Assembly (NCBI GenBank): GCA_965261085.1
Contig: OZ253442.1
Coordinates: forward strand, 896,001-960,000
Length of the DNA stretch: 64,000 nt
Origin: a bacterium
Lineage (GTDB): Bacteria; UBA8248
Direction: 5' to 3'
Part shown: one piece after another, positions 10,759 through 21,250 of the stretch
Numbering within the stretch: position 1 is the first letter of the stretch
Layout: the number at the start of each line of letters is the position of its first letter
Translations under genes and position numbers: made by a program
The notes under the pieces: model-generated
Database searches by the model: none
Told to the model about the DNA's origin: nothing
The model's input: only the letters and a program-made list of their open reading frames with translations

Positions 10759-12288
10759 ATGAAGAGAAGGTTCGTAATTTTTGGAATGGCTGTTTTCATG
10801 TCGCTGACTGTGATGTCCGGAAGCGCGTTTTCGGCCAAGAAAACGCAGCTCATTATTGGAATGCCCGGAGATCCCACGACCTTCGACCCCCATATCCGGC
10901 TCGGGCTGCCCATGCTTCAGTCCTGGCCGCTCGTGTTCGACAACATTCTGGCGCGCGACATCAAGGGAAAAATCGTTCCCGCCCTGGCGACGTCATGGAG
11001 TTTCGTTACTCCTACGGTTCTGGAGCTCAAGCTCCGCAAGGGCGTCAAGTTTCATAACGGGGAGCCTCTCGACGCGAATGCCGTGAAATACAGTCTCGAC
11101 AGGCTGTTCGATAAGAAGGTTAAAAGCCGAATCCGCAATTTCTACAGGAGTCTCAAAAAAGTCGAAGTGGTCGATTCGCATACCGTGCGCATCCACACCA
11201 AGCATCCGGACCGCTACCTGCTCTCGCCGCTGGCGGATTTCAGCGCGGTGGTCCCGCCGAAGCATTACGCGGGCAATAAACTCAAGGATCTCGCGCGCAA
11301 GCCGGTCGGCAGCGGTCCCTACCGCCTCACGAAATGGCGCAAAGGTTCCGAGATGGTGTTCGAGGCCGTCCCCGGATACTGGGATAAATCGCGCCAGCGC
11401 GTGAAGAAAGTGATCGTGAAAGTCATTCCCGAGCCGACGACGCGCGTCTCGGCGCTCGTGGCCGGCGCGGTCGACATGATCAAGGACATTCCGCCCCAGA
11501 CGGTTCCGATGGCGAAATCAAACCCCAACGTCGACGTGGTCTCAGGCCCCGGGCCCAAGGCTTGTTCGCTCATCATGGTTCTCAAGGACGGAGCCCCTTG
11601 GTCCGATGCGCGCGTGCGCCAGGCGGTGAACTACGCCATCGACAAGGAAAGCATCATCAAACACGTGCTTCAAGGCCACGCGACCGCGGCCATGGGCACC
11701 GTCGTCGGACCGAACAGTTTCGGCCACAACCCGGCCTTGAAAGCCTATCCCTACGATCTGGCCAAGGCGAAGAGCCTCATGAAGCAGGCCGGATACGAAA
11801 AGGGCTTCACCGTTCCGCTGGTCGTTCCCCTGGGGCGCTATCTCAAGGGCGTGCAGGGGGCCGAGGCCATCGCGGGGCAGCTCAAGAAGATCAACGTCAA
11901 CGTCAAGGTGAAGCCGCTGGAATACGGCGCCTGGCGGCGGAACAGCCGCTCGAAATGGAAGAAGGGCTATAAACCCTATTGGAATTACGCTTGCCGCAAT
12001 GATCTCGCGCTTCATGCGGCCTGGATGTACTCGGGCCTCCTGTACAGCAAATCGACGCACGGCGGCGTTCGGAGCGAGAAGCTGGACAACATGATCGTAG
12101 GCGCCCGCTCCGAGCCGGACGAAGCCAAACAGGCCGCGAAATACCGGAAGCTCGCCGAATACATCAGAGAGCAGGCCTTCCTGGGCTTTCTGTATCACCT
12201 CGATGAGATTTCGGGAAAGAAAAAATCCGTCGACTGGAAGATGCGCTCCACCGGCCTCGTGATCGCAACCGACGCGGGGTGGAAGTAA
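10759..12288 (+). CDS. ABC transporter substrate-binding protein, family 5 (peptide/nickel type)
   Basis: Signal peptide; PALATSW, LRKGVKFHNG, PVGSGPY, VRQAVNYAID. Confidence 0.92.
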   Translation: MKRRFVIFGMAVFMSLTVMSGSAFSAKKTQLIIGMPGDPTTFDPHIRLGLPMLQSWPLVFDNILARDIKGKIVPALATSWSFVTPTVLELKLRKGVKFHNGEPLDANAVKYSLDRLFDKKVKSRIRNFYRSLKKVEVVDSHTVRIHTKHPDRYLLSPLADFSAVVPPKHYAGNKLKDLARKPVGSGPYRLTKWRKGSEMVFEAVPGYWDKSRQRVKKVIVKVIPEPTTRVSALVAGAVDMIKDIPPQTVPMAKSNPNVDVVSGPGPKACSLIMVLKDGAPWSDARVRQAVNYAIDKESIIKHVLQGHATAAMGTVVGPNSFGHNPALKAYPYDLAKAKSLMKQAGYEKGFTVPLVVPLGRYLKGVQGAEAIAGQLKKINVNVKVKPLEYGAWRRNSRSKWKKGYKPYWNYACRNDLALHAAWMYSGLLYSKSTHGGVRSEKLDNMIVGARSEPDEAKQAAKYRKLAEYIREQAFLGFLYHLDEISGKKKSVDWKMRSTGLVIATDAGWK

Positions 12289-12439
12289 AAACGGCGCCTC
12301 GCTTCTCTCCCGGTTGTCTCTGCCGCAACCGGGAGAGGGCGACGCCGGACGCCCGGGCAGGGCGGGAGAGATTGGTTCGTGGCCCCGGGCGAAAATGCGG
12401 AAGCACCGGGCAAGAGGATAGTTCGTAACGGGGGGCGCA

Positions 12440-13357
12440 ATGACGGGATTTATTGTTCGCCGGATGTTTCAGGCCGTCGTGCTCATGAAGTTCGTCCTGA
12501 TTTTCGTGTTCCTGCTTTTGCATCTCTCCGGCGATCCGGCCCGGATCATGCTTCCCGACGACGCCACCGAAGAAGACATCGCGGAACTCAGGAACGAGAT
12601 GGGGCTCGATAGGCCGCTGCTGACGCAGTACCTCATCTTCTTCCGCAACGTCTTGCGCGGGAATTTCGGCGAATCCTTCGAGCATGGCGAGTCCGCCCTT
12701 AAAGTCGTGCTCGAACACCTGCCCGCCACGATCGAACTCGCTGCGGCCGCCTTCATCATGTCCGTCCTCATCGGCCTGCCGTTCGGGTGCATCGCCGCCC
12801 TGAAGGAGAACACGGTCTACGACAAGGGGTTGATGGTGGGGGCCGTACTCGGCCAGGCGGTCCCCGATTTCTGGCTGGGCCTGATGATGATCCTCCTCTT
12901 CTCCGTGAAGCTGGGATGGCTTCCGCCGTTCGGGTACGGGGAGCCGATTCATTTCATCATGCCGACCATCGCCGCGGGCGTTTTTCACACGGCCCGCCTC
13001 GCGCGCCTGATGCGCTCTGAAATGGTGGAAGTGCTCCGCCAGGATTATATTCTCACGGCGTATTCCAAGGGATTGGCCGAGAAGGTCGTGCTGTTCAAGC
13101 ACGCCCTCAAGAATTCGGCCATCCCCATCGTCACCATACTCGGCCTGGACCTCGCCCTCACGCTGGGGGGAACCGTCATCACCGAAACCGTGTTCGCCTG
13201 GCCCGGCGTGGGGAGGCTCACCGTCGCCGCCATTCACCACCGGGACTACCCGATAGTCCAGGCGGCGGTTTTTCTTCTGGCCTTGGGCTTCGTCGGCATC
13301 AATTTGCTGGTGGACATCATATACACCTACCTCGATCCCAGGATTCAGTACCGATGA
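12440..13357 (+). CDS. ABC permease, DppB/OppB type
   Basis: GDPA, GLDRPL, DYILTAYSKGL, ETVFAWPGVG, LDPRI. Confidence 0.92.
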   Translation: MTGFIVRRMFQAVVLMKFVLIFVFLLLHLSGDPARIMLPDDATEEDIAELRNEMGLDRPLLTQYLIFFRNVLRGNFGESFEHGESALKVVLEHLPATIELAAAAFIMSVLIGLPFGCIAALKENTVYDKGLMVGAVLGQAVPDFWLGLMMILLFSVKLGWLPPFGYGEPIHFIMPTIAAGVFHTARLARLMRSEMVEVLRQDYILTAYSKGLAEKVVLFKHALKNSAIPIVTILGLDLALTLGGTVITETVFAWPGVGRLTVAAIHHRDYPIVQAAVFLLALGFVGINLLVDIIYTYLDPRIQYR

Positions 13358-14271
13358 GGCATGAAGAACACGAAAGCATCGTAGAGGCCCAGGAGTTTCA
13401 GCATTTCGACGAAACTCCCTGGTGGCAACGGCTCGGGCGCTCGCTCATCGCCACGAAATCCGCGATGGCGGGAGCCGTTATATTGCTCATCGTGCTGATT
13501 GCCGCGGTGTTCGCGCCCCTGCTCGTGCCGCTGGACCCTACGGCGCAATCCCTCACGCGGGTGATGAAACCGCCCATGTGGCAAGGGGAGGGGCACATCT
13601 TCTATCTGGGCACCGACCACCTCGGCCGCGACCTCTTGAGCCGGTTGATATACGGCGCGCGCATATCCCTCATCGTCGGATTATCCGCGACGGTACTGGC
13701 GGGGAGCATCGGCCTCATCCTCGGTATGGTAGCGGGCTATTTCGGCGGAAAGGTGGACTTTCTTCTGATGCGCCTGGTGGATTTCGTCCTCTCGTTTCCG
13801 TTCATTCTGCTGGCCCTGGCGACAATCGCCATTCTGGGGCCGAGCCTTTGGCTCATCGTCTCCTTGATCTCTTTTCGCCAGTGGACGGTGTATGCGCGCG
13901 TGGTGCGCGGTTCTGTTCTCTCGATTCGCGAGCAGGAGTTCGTCATCGCCTCGCGCGCCGTCGGGGGGAGCGACCTGCGCCTCATCTTCCGCCATGTTCT
14001 GCCCAACGTGCTGGCGCCCGTCATCGTCATCGGTTCCTTGTATCTGGGCCGGCTAATCGTCATCGAGGCGGGCCTCAGCTTTCTGGGATTGGGCGTTCCT
14101 CCGCCCACGCCCACCTGGGGCGGACTTCTGGCCGAGGGCCGCTCCTATCTGTACGTTTCATGGTGGATCGTCACGTTTCCGGGGCTCGCCATCACCTTCA
14201 CGGTGCTGGGAGCCAACCTCTTGGGCGACTGGCTCAGGGATGTCTTGGACCCGCGTCTCAGGTCGCGCTAG
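13354..14271 (+). CDS. ABC permease, DppC/OppC type
   Basis: LGTDHLGRD, HVLPN, EAGLSFLGLG, DVLDPR; ATGA overlap with upstream permease. Confidence 0.92.
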   Translation: MRHEEHESIVEAQEFQHFDETPWWQRLGRSLIATKSAMAGAVILLIVLIAAVFAPLLVPLDPTAQSLTRVMKPPMWQGEGHIFYLGTDHLGRDLLSRLIYGARISLIVGLSATVLAGSIGLILGMVAGYFGGKVDFLLMRLVDFVLSFPFILLALATIAILGPSLWLIVSLISFRQWTVYARVVRGSVLSIREQEFVIASRAVGGSDLRLIFRHVLPNVLAPVIVIGSLYLGRLIVIEAGLSFLGLGVPPPTPTWGGLLAEGRSYLYVSWWIVTFPGLAITFTVLGANLLGDWLRDVLDPRLRSR

Positions 14272-14302
14272 CGAATACCCGTTCTAATTCAGGAGAAAGA
14301 CA

Positions 14303-14749
14303 ATGGCTGAAGATATGATGGAAAATTACGTGGACAAAAATCCCGACGTGCAGGAGCGCTTCAGGAAAGCGGGCGAAATCCGCCGCGCGATGGGAATCTA
14401 CGGAGAAGGCGGTCAGACTTCGGATGATTTCCTGAAGATATCTCCGGCGCACACGCAGGCCATCATGGAGTATTGCTTCGGCATGGTGTGGGCGCAGTCG
14501 GAAAAGCTGGATCTCAAAACCCGCGAAATCATCGTGCTCGCCACCATGGTGGCGCAGGACCTGCCCGGAGAACTGGAGTGGCACGTGCGCTCCGCACTCA
14601 ATCTGGGTCTCACGCAAGAGGAAATCATCGAGGCGATCGTGCAGTGCTCACCCTACGTCGGTCTCCCGAAAACGAACCATGCGCTCAGGGCGGCCAAGCG
14701 GGCTTTCGACAAGGCCGAGGGAAAAGAACCGAGCGATTTGGGGCATTAG
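14303..14749 (+). CDS. Carboxymuconolactone decarboxylase/AhpD-family protein
   Basis: FGMVW...LDLKTREII, HVRSALNLGLTQEEIIE, PYVGLP. Confidence 0.85.
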   Translation: MAEDMMENYVDKNPDVQERFRKAGEIRRAMGIYGEGGQTSDDFLKISPAHTQAIMEYCFGMVWAQSEKLDLKTREIIVLATMVAQDLPGELEWHVRSALNLGLTQEEIIEAIVQCSPYVGLPKTNHALRAAKRAFDKAEGKEPSDLGH

Positions 14750-14804
14750 GGGTAATAAACCCTTTGCGGGGGAATCAAGATCGATTTCCCCCTCGATGGG
14801 GGTG

Positions 14805-15290
14805 TTACTTCTCCTTGAGAAGTCGCGGCCAGTTCTTCTCGGCCGATTTGATATGTCCGGGGATGTCCTGCTCCCAGGTTCGCTGAACGCCCTTGCTGTA
14901 GTTCAGATAAAGTTTTCCGTCCACGATTCTCCATGCTTCGGGGACGATGCTCGCGGTGTAGCCCTGGCTCACGGCGTATGCGCAGTAACCGCCGTATTTT
15001 GGGGCGTATTTTTCAGGATTATCGCGGAACAAGTCACGGTTTCGCGCGCTCGAAAAATACCAGGTGGCGCCTTTCCATTTGTGGGAGAAATCCTTTTTCC
15101 CCTTTACGGGTTTTTTCTCCGTGAAATAGGCCACCGGGTCGTATCCTCTGATGGCGCCTCCGAGATAGGTGGAATAAACGGGAGCGATGGCCTCCGCCGG
15201 GCTTACAAGAGCGAAGAAAAAGACGGCGAGACAGGTGGCCGTCCATACCCGCCGACGGGGGGTCCGGGGCGTTTTATTCGTTTTTCGCAT
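14805..15290 (-). CDS. Exported YHS-domain protein
   Basis: GYDPVAYF, F.S..NRD.F...PEKYAPKYGGYCAYAV, IVDGKLYLNY. Confidence 0.88.
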   Translation of the reverse strand: MRKTNKTPRTPRRRVWTATCLAVFFFALVSPAEAIAPVYSTYLGGAIRGYDPVAYFTEKKPVKGKKDFSHKWKGATWYFSSARNRDLFRDNPEKYAPKYGGYCAYAVSQGYTASIVPEAWRIVDGKLYLNYSKGVQRTWEQDIPGHIKSAEKNWPRLLKEK

Positions 15291-15408
15291 CTCTTAAATC
15301 ATCCTCTCAGAAAACAAGTGGCGACATCTCGAGGCGGTGCGATTCCCCGAATACGCATTATACCCCAAACGCGCAGAAATGCGTTTCGTAAGCGTGACGA
15401 AAAACCCC

Positions 15409-16095
15409 TCAACACGCATAAAATTCCGGGAGGGTAAGGTAGCCCTCGCGCGGCAGTTCATTTATTAGGGGTAGGCCTTGTCTTAGTTTTTGTCTTTGGG
15501 CGGTCCGCAAGTGAGCGAGCACGTTCCAGTAGACGTGGCGCAGGACCGCGCCGATTTCCAGGTGGAAAAGACCTGGGCGCTCCGCGTCTTCATGAAACCC
15601 GAAAGGATGAAGGCGGGTGGACATCCTGTGGTAGTCGACGGGTTTGTGGGGGTCTCCCGGGCGGGAGGCTTCGGGGTCCGTGTAATAGGTGAACGACATG
15701 GAGCACAATCTTTCCGCGCTTTCGCGCTCGATGATTTCACCACAAAGCGCGGCCCAGGGCCGCATGAAGTCGACCACGGCCCTTTTGTCGCCGGCCGCTT
15801 CGGGCGGGACGTGCCGGATGCCCGCGCCGATGAGGTCGGCGATGAGCCCGGCGGTATCGGGAAAAGTGTAGCCTTCTCTCAGAAGCATCTCCCCTGCCCG
15901 CATGGACAGCCACACAGGGGTCACGAGGGCGATGTGGCGCAGTTGTAAATCCATCGACCAGCGCGCCCAGGGCGGCTCCTCGTTGGCGTAGGACATCTGC
16001 TCGTGGGTCAGTCCCTTGACCTCCCCGTACACGAGGTCGGGATAGTTTTGGAGACGGGTCTTTAGTTCGGGCCATTCCGCATTCATCTTTTTCAC
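15409..16095 (-). CDS. Hypothetical protein, DinB/YfiT-like
   Basis: RWS..QLRH near N-terminus and HVYWNVLAHLR near C-terminus resemble DinB His motifs. Confidence 0.5.
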   Translation of the reverse strand: MKKMNAEWPELKTRLQNYPDLVYGEVKGLTHEQMSYANEEPPWARWSMDLQLRHIALVTPVWLSMRAGEMLLREGYTFPDTAGLIADLIGAGIRHVPPEAAGDKRAVVDFMRPWAALCGEIIERESAERLCSMSFTYYTDPEASRPGDPHKPVDYHRMSTRLHPFGFHEDAERPGLFHLEIGAVLRHVYWNVLAHLRTAQRQKLRQGLPLINELPREGYLTLPEFYAC

Positions 16096-16283
16096 CTCTG
16101 GGGTCAGGTTTTCATGGGGATCAGGTGAAAGAATTATACCTTGTATGCGGGAGAAAAGAAGGGTAGAATTTTCTCATCCATTTGAATTTTTTCATATTTG
16201 TCTTTGTACGCTTGCAAGTGTTGCGCTCTTCAATGTCCCCGCAAGGGGGATAATTCCATTCCTGTTCAGGGAGGGTACCGCCA

Positions 16284-17273
16284 ATGTCAAGAAGAATCAT
16301 TCCCGTCGTTTTCGCCGCTGTAGCGTTTCTCCTCGCTCATGGGGCCGCGCCCGCTCTGGGGGCCAAGAAAGTCATCATCAAGGTCGGCCACATGTACAGC
16401 AACAAGAACCCCACCCATTACGGAGCCATCGAATTCGGAAAAATACTCGACAAGCTCAGCAATGGAACCATGGAGGTGCAGGTGTTCCTGAAGGGCCAGG
16501 TCGGCGACGGCAAGACCCAGCTACAATCGGTTCAGTTGGGCGCCATTCAGGCGTCGTTCCAGGGTCTCACGCAGTTTCCCGCGTATGACAGCCTGAACCT
16601 CCCCTATTTCTGGAAGAGCACCAAGCACGTCCGCACCGTCGCCAACGGGCCTCTGTTCGAACGCTGGCGCAAGGAGTTCCTGAAAAAGCGCGGCACGATC
16701 ATGGTGAGCGTCATCAACCGGGGCGCGCGGCACGTGCTCTCGCGCAAGAAGCCTCTTAAAACGCTCGCCGATTTCAAGGGTCTCAAAATCCGCGTTCCGC
16801 AGGCGCCTCCCTGGGTGCTGGCCTTCCGGGGACTCGGCTCCAAGCCCACGCCGATGTCCTGGGCGGACGTGTATAACGCCATGCTGCTGGGCACGGTCGA
16901 CGCCATGGAGAACACCCTGGAGACGCTTTACACGAACAAATTCTACGAAGTGGGCAAACACCTGACGCTCACCTCGCACCTCTCCTCGACGTCGTACTTC
17001 ATGGTGAACGACAAGTGGCGAAAGGACTTGAGCAAGCAGCAGCGCAAGTGGTTCGACGACGCGCTGACCAAGGGAATCGCCCACGCGCAGAAGATCTACA
17101 CCGATCTCGAGAACGCCTACCTGGATAAGTTCAAGAAAAAAGGCGTGAAGATCTACAACATCAACGTGAACGAATTCGCCAAGAAAACCGCATCGGCTGC
17201 GGAGACCATCGGCACGAAGGGATGGGGCAAGGACTTCTTCGAGAAGGTCAAGGCGACGCGCTCGAAGTTCTAA
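16284..17273 (+). CDS. dctP: TRAP transporter substrate-binding protein
   Basis: Signal peptide; DFKGLKIRVP, PTPMSWADVY...GTVDAMEN, YEVGKHLTLT. Confidence 0.92.
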   Translation: MSRRIIPVVFAAVAFLLAHGAAPALGAKKVIIKVGHMYSNKNPTHYGAIEFGKILDKLSNGTMEVQVFLKGQVGDGKTQLQSVQLGAIQASFQGLTQFPAYDSLNLPYFWKSTKHVRTVANGPLFERWRKEFLKKRGTIMVSVINRGARHVLSRKKPLKTLADFKGLKIRVPQAPPWVLAFRGLGSKPTPMSWADVYNAMLLGTVDAMENTLETLYTNKFYEVGKHLTLTSHLSSTSYFMVNDKWRKDLSKQQRKWFDDALTKGIAHAQKIYTDLENAYLDKFKKKGVKIYNINVNEFAKKTASAAETIGTKGWGKDFFEKVKATRSKF

Positions 17274-17323
17274 AGCAAAAGTTTCTCAATGCGCGCAGGC
17301 TGGTCTGCACGCGCGCAGTCACG

Positions 17324-17365
17324 AAAAAAACACCGCCGGATATGGTGAGCCGGCGGTGTTTTTTT
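17324..17365. terminator. Bidirectional intrinsic terminator
   Basis: A7-CACCGCCGG-loop-CCGGCGGTG-T7 between convergent dctP and dctM. Confidence 0.85.
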
Positions 17366-17373
17366 GCTTCGTT

Positions 17374-18660
17374 CTAATCGACGGGCAGCAGCAGGTTCGG
17401 CAGCCACATGACGAGCGGCGAGTAGTAGACGATGGAGAACAGGGTGATGATGAGCGGAATATAAAACGGCGTAGTCGCCCGGACAATGGTCCAGAAGGGG
17501 ACTTTCGTGATGTCCGAGACGACGTAGAGCGCAAGGGCGAAGGGCGGCGTGAGGTTTCCGATAACGAGATTCAGCACCATGAACACGCCCAGGTGCACGA
17601 GGTCGATGTCCAGCGCCTGTGCGATGGGCAGCATGACCGGCGTGACGATGAGCAGCAGGGGGGTGGGTTCCATCACCATGCCGGCGATGAGCAGGAATAT
17701 GTTCAGCACGAAGAGGATGAGCCACTTCTCCTCTAAGGCGGTCATGAGGAAGTGGGCGAAAATGAAGGGAACCCGCTCGATGGTGATGAGGCGGGTGAAG
17801 ACCGAAGCGGCGGAGAATATGAACAAGACCACCGCCGTATAGATGATCACCGTCGAGAGGATGCGGGGGATGTCCGTGAGGCGGACCTCCTTGTAGACCA
17901 CCATTCCGAGGAACAGGGACCACGCCACGGCGAGCACGGCCGCCTCGGTGGGCGTGGTGGCGCCAGAGCCGATTCCGCCCAGGATGATCGCCGGGGTCAG
18001 CAGGGCCAGAAAAGCGGAGCGGAAGCTCTTCCATATCTGGGCGAGAGAGGCGCGTGGGTACTTCTTGTATCCCCGCTTGCGGGAGATGAAATAGACGATC
18101 ACCATCATCGCGCCGCCCATGAAGAAGCCCGGAATCACGCCGCCTAAAAAGACGCGCCCCGCCGATTCCTCGGCGATGCTCGCGTATATCACCATGATGA
18201 TGCTGGGCGGGATGATGGGCCCGATGCACGAACTCGCGGCCGTAACGGCCGCCGAGAAAGGCTTGTCGTAGCCCTCCTTGGTCATGCCCTCGATTTCCAC
18301 GCGGCCCAGCCCCGCCGCATCGGCCAGCGCGGAGCCGGACATGCCGGCGAAGATGATGCTGGCGACGATGTTCGCGTGTCCCAGGCTCCCGGTGAAATGG
18401 CCGACCAGCGTTTTGGCGAAGTCGAAAATCCGGTCCGTGACCTTCGCGATGTTCATGATCTGGGCGGCGAAGATGAACAGCGGAATGGCGATGAGCGAAT
18501 AGTGCTCCAAAGAGCCGATCATGATGCTCGCCAGGAAGGTGATCGGCATCTCGGAGAGGAACGTCAGATAAAACAGACAGGTGAATACCAGGGCCATGGC
18601 TATCGGGGTGTTGAGGGAGAGGAAGACGAAAAACAGGATAACGAGTATCAGGGCGTTCAT
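17374..18660 (-). CDS. dctM: TRAP transporter large permease
   Basis: AIPLF, FAGMSGSALADAA, GPIIPPSI, TPTEAA, GNLTPP. Confidence 0.95.
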   Translation of the reverse strand: MNALILVILFFVFLSLNTPIAMALVFTCLFYLTFLSEMPITFLASIMIGSLEHYSLIAIPLFIFAAQIMNIAKVTDRIFDFAKTLVGHFTGSLGHANIVASIIFAGMSGSALADAAGLGRVEIEGMTKEGYDKPFSAAVTAASSCIGPIIPPSIIMVIYASIAEESAGRVFLGGVIPGFFMGGAMMVIVYFISRKRGYKKYPRASLAQIWKSFRSAFLALLTPAIILGGIGSGATTPTEAAVLAVAWSLFLGMVVYKEVRLTDIPRILSTVIIYTAVVLFIFSAASVFTRLITIERVPFIFAHFLMTALEEKWLILFVLNIFLLIAGMVMEPTPLLLIVTPVMLPIAQALDIDLVHLGVFMVLNLVIGNLTPPFALALYVVSDITKVPFWTIVRATTPFYIPLIITLFSIVYYSPLVMWLPNLLLPVD

Positions 18661-18676
18661 GCAGACTCCTTCGCGA

Positions 18677-19345
18677 TCACACCGCCGGGGAACTCCGGTG
18701 GCCCAGTTCCGCTTTGCCTATCGTCAGGGCCCATATCTGGCGTCCCGAGTGGATGACCATCAGGGTCATTCCTATGGGAAACGATGCGCTTTGGTAGGTT
18801 TGCGGGAACTCGAGCGCCGGGGAAGGATAGGTCCATTCCAGAATGGCCACCAGGGTTCCCTGATAAATGAGCAGCAAGAGAGTGAAGAAGATGAGAATCT
18901 CGATGGTGACGTGAATTTTTCGCTGCAAACGCAACGGAAGCTGGCCGACGAAAGTCTCCATGGTCAGTTTTTCACCGTGCTTGTATCCGAGTGCTGCGCC
19001 GATGAAAACGCCCCAATGAAAGCAGAGCAGCGTAATTTCCTCGGCCCATACGATGGGGTCGTCCAGAATGTATCTGAAATACACTTGCATGAACACGAGA
19101 TATCCGATGGCCGCCAGGAAGGGATACGCCAGAAGTTCCTCCAGATTACGCAGCAGGTAACCCCCGCCTTCCATCTTCACCTGGCGGACGGCGTATATGA
19201 CGACGCCCGCGAGCAGGATGACGGGGAGGATGTAATGAAAAACGGGGATGCTGATCAGGATGAGCGTCGGCTGGATGAGGGTGTAGAACACCCACGAGGA
19301 TATCCAGAATATCACCTGGAAAGGTAAAGCCATCCACTCCGACAC
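18677..19345 (-). CDS. dctQ: TRAP transporter small permease with N-terminal extra helices
   Basis: QVYFRY...WAEEI...FIGAALG; immediately upstream of dctM. Confidence 0.85.
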   Translation of the reverse strand: MSEWMALPFQVIFWISSWVFYTLIQPTLILISIPVFHYILPVILLAGVVIYAVRQVKMEGGGYLLRNLEELLAYPFLAAIGYLVFMQVYFRYILDDPIVWAEEITLLCFHWGVFIGAALGYKHGEKLTMETFVGQLPLRLQRKIHVTIEILIFFTLLLLIYQGTLVAILEWTYPSPALEFPQTYQSASFPIGMTLMVIHSGRQIWALTIGKAELGHRSSPAV

Positions 19346-19462
19346 GGAATAACCCCCTTATGGGGAAACGAGTGTCCAATGCCCAGTATTTCGCTTTTAC
19401 AGCATGTATCCCTTGTACAGAAGCGTAGAACCAGGGTCAACCGGGCGTTGACACGGAGTCGA

Positions 19463-20563
19463 CTAGAGGTCTCGCCACGGTTCGATGACGGTTTTGACCT
19501 GTTCTTCTTCGGGAAACTCTCCGCCCGTGATGCGCACGGCGCGCTCCGCCTCGGCGAGAGGGAAGCGGTGGGTCACCATCTCCGAGAAGGGATAGGGCGA
19601 GTTCGCCGCGAAATCGAGCGCGCCCCGCACGGCGTCGCTCGTGTGGCTGTATGCGCCCTGGATGCGTATTTCGCCCCACACCAGGGGGTCCAGATCCAGA
19701 GCGCCCTCCTTGCCGCCGGTGAGTCCGGCCAGCACCACCGTACCCAGCCTGCGGACGAGCCTGGGCGAGAGGCCCGCAGCGGCGGGGCTTCCCGTCACGT
19801 CGAGGACTACGTCCGCCATCCGGCCGCCCGTGAGCTTGCGGACTTCCTCTACGGGGTCTGCGGCCTCGACCTCGATGGTGTGGTCCGCGCCGAAGCGTTT
19901 CGCCGTTTCCAGGCGCTTCGCGTCACGCGCGAGGCCGGTGAGGATCACCTGTCCCGCGCCTGTGTGTTTCGCCACCGCGCACGCGCAAAGACCCTGGGGA
20001 CCCGGGCCTTGCACCACCACGGTGTCTCCGACTGAAATTCCGCCCAGATCGTGCGCCCACCGCACCCCGTTCGCCAGCACGGCGGTGATGAGCACGGCGG
20101 ATTCATCGGTGAGTCCCTCGGGCGCCTTGTGGATTCCCACCCCCGGCGGCAGGTAGACGTATTGCCCGTAAGCGCCCCACAGGTGCGGCGGCGCTTCGCA
20201 GGAGCGCCCGCTGCCGTAGATCATGGCGTCCTTACACAGGCGGCGGTTTCCGGTGTGGCAGTACCAGCACTGGTTGCAGCCCACCTGCGCTTCCACCACG
20301 AGGCGGTCGCCCTCTTTCACGCCCAAGCGTTTTTGGACGTTTTTGCCGACCTTGGCGAGGCGGCCCACCATCTCGTGGCCCATGATGATGGGGTAGCTCC
20401 ACCGGTGGGCGACCTTGCCGCCGAAGTATTTATAATCAGACGAGCAAACGCCCACCATGTCGACCCGGAGCAGGCCGTCCTCATCCCCAATCTCGGGCAG
20501 AGGAAATTCCTGCAAGCTGATTTTGCCGGGCGTCTCTACGACGGCAGAAACCTCATGCGTCAT
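19463..20563 (-). CDS. Zn-dependent alcohol dehydrogenase (MDR family)
   Basis: GVCSSD, GHE, C-x2-C-x2-C-x7-C, GPGPQG. Confidence 0.93.
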   Translation of the reverse strand: MTHEVSAVVETPGKISLQEFPLPEIGDEDGLLRVDMVGVCSSDYKYFGGKVAHRWSYPIIMGHEMVGRLAKVGKNVQKRLGVKEGDRLVVEAQVGCNQCWYCHTGNRRLCKDAMIYGSGRSCEAPPHLWGAYGQYVYLPPGVGIHKAPEGLTDESAVLITAVLANGVRWAHDLGGISVGDTVVVQGPGPQGLCACAVAKHTGAGQVILTGLARDAKRLETAKRFGADHTIEVEAADPVEEVRKLTGGRMADVVLDVTGSPAAAGLSPRLVRRLGTVVLAGLTGGKEGALDLDPLVWGEIRIQGAYSHTSDAVRGALDFAANSPYPFSEMVTHRFPLAEAERAVRITGGEFPEEEQVKTVIEPWRDL

Positions 20564-20593
20564 GGCGGCCTCCTGTAAATCTATTGCGCCGCG

Positions 20594-21250
20594 TCAATCG
20601 GTGTCGAACTTCTGCGCGAGGCGGGGGAAGAGGTCGCGCATCGATTCGCCCTCGGCGATGCGCCCTTTGACCTCTTGTTCTATGTCGCGAATCCGGATGA
20701 CCTGCCGCTTCACCTGTTCCAGCGAGCTTTGCGGAACGACGGCCACGCCGTCGATATCCGCGACGATGATGTCCCCGGGTTCCACGCGCACACCGCAGCA
20801 GGTGACGGGGGCGTTTTTCTCCACGACTTCCAGGCGTTTCGGGAAGGCGAGGCTCCACACCGATTTGCTGAACACGGGAAAATCGAGTTCGCGCAGCGCT
20901 TCCAGATCGCGCGTCGCCCCGTCGATCACGCAGCCGACGGCGCCGCGCCGTTTGCAGACGCTGCTCGCGCCCCCGCCCCAGACGGCCAGAGGAGAACTTG
21001 CTGCGTCGACGACGACCACCGAGCCTGCGGGCACTTCTTCCACCGCGTCATAGAGGCTGAACAGAGCCTTGGCTCCCGGGTCTCGCACCGGAGCGAACAC
21101 CATCGTGGCGGCCGGTCCTGCGAATCGAGGGTAGTTCTCGGGGGCGTTGGGCCGGGGGCCTTCCATGATGAGGTTGAGCCCCAACGCCGTTGAGGCGTCG
21201 CCGAGCGTCGCCGTGTCGACATCTGAGAAAAAAGCCGCGTCCGAGTTCAT
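20594..21250 (-). CDS. RraA/HMG-aldolase family protein
   Basis: LGDA, AVWGG, VIDGATRD, VEPGDIIVADIDGVAVVP; AAGGAG RBS before ATG at 21250. Confidence 0.88.
   Translation of the reverse strand: MNSDAAFFSDVDTATLGDASTALGLNLIMEGPRPNAPENYPRFAGPAATMVFAPVRDPGAKALFSLYDAVEEVPAGSVVVVDAASSPLAVWGGGASSVCKRRGAVGCVIDGATRDLEALRELDFPVFSKSVWSLAFPKRLEVVEKNAPVTCCGVRVEPGDIIVADIDGVAVVPQSSLEQVKRQVIRIRDIEQEVKGRIAEGESMRDLFPRLAQKFDTD

Noticed and set aside
14805-15290. YHS protein as a selenoprotein
   Set aside because: The GGYC motif uses a Cys codon and there is no in-frame TGA
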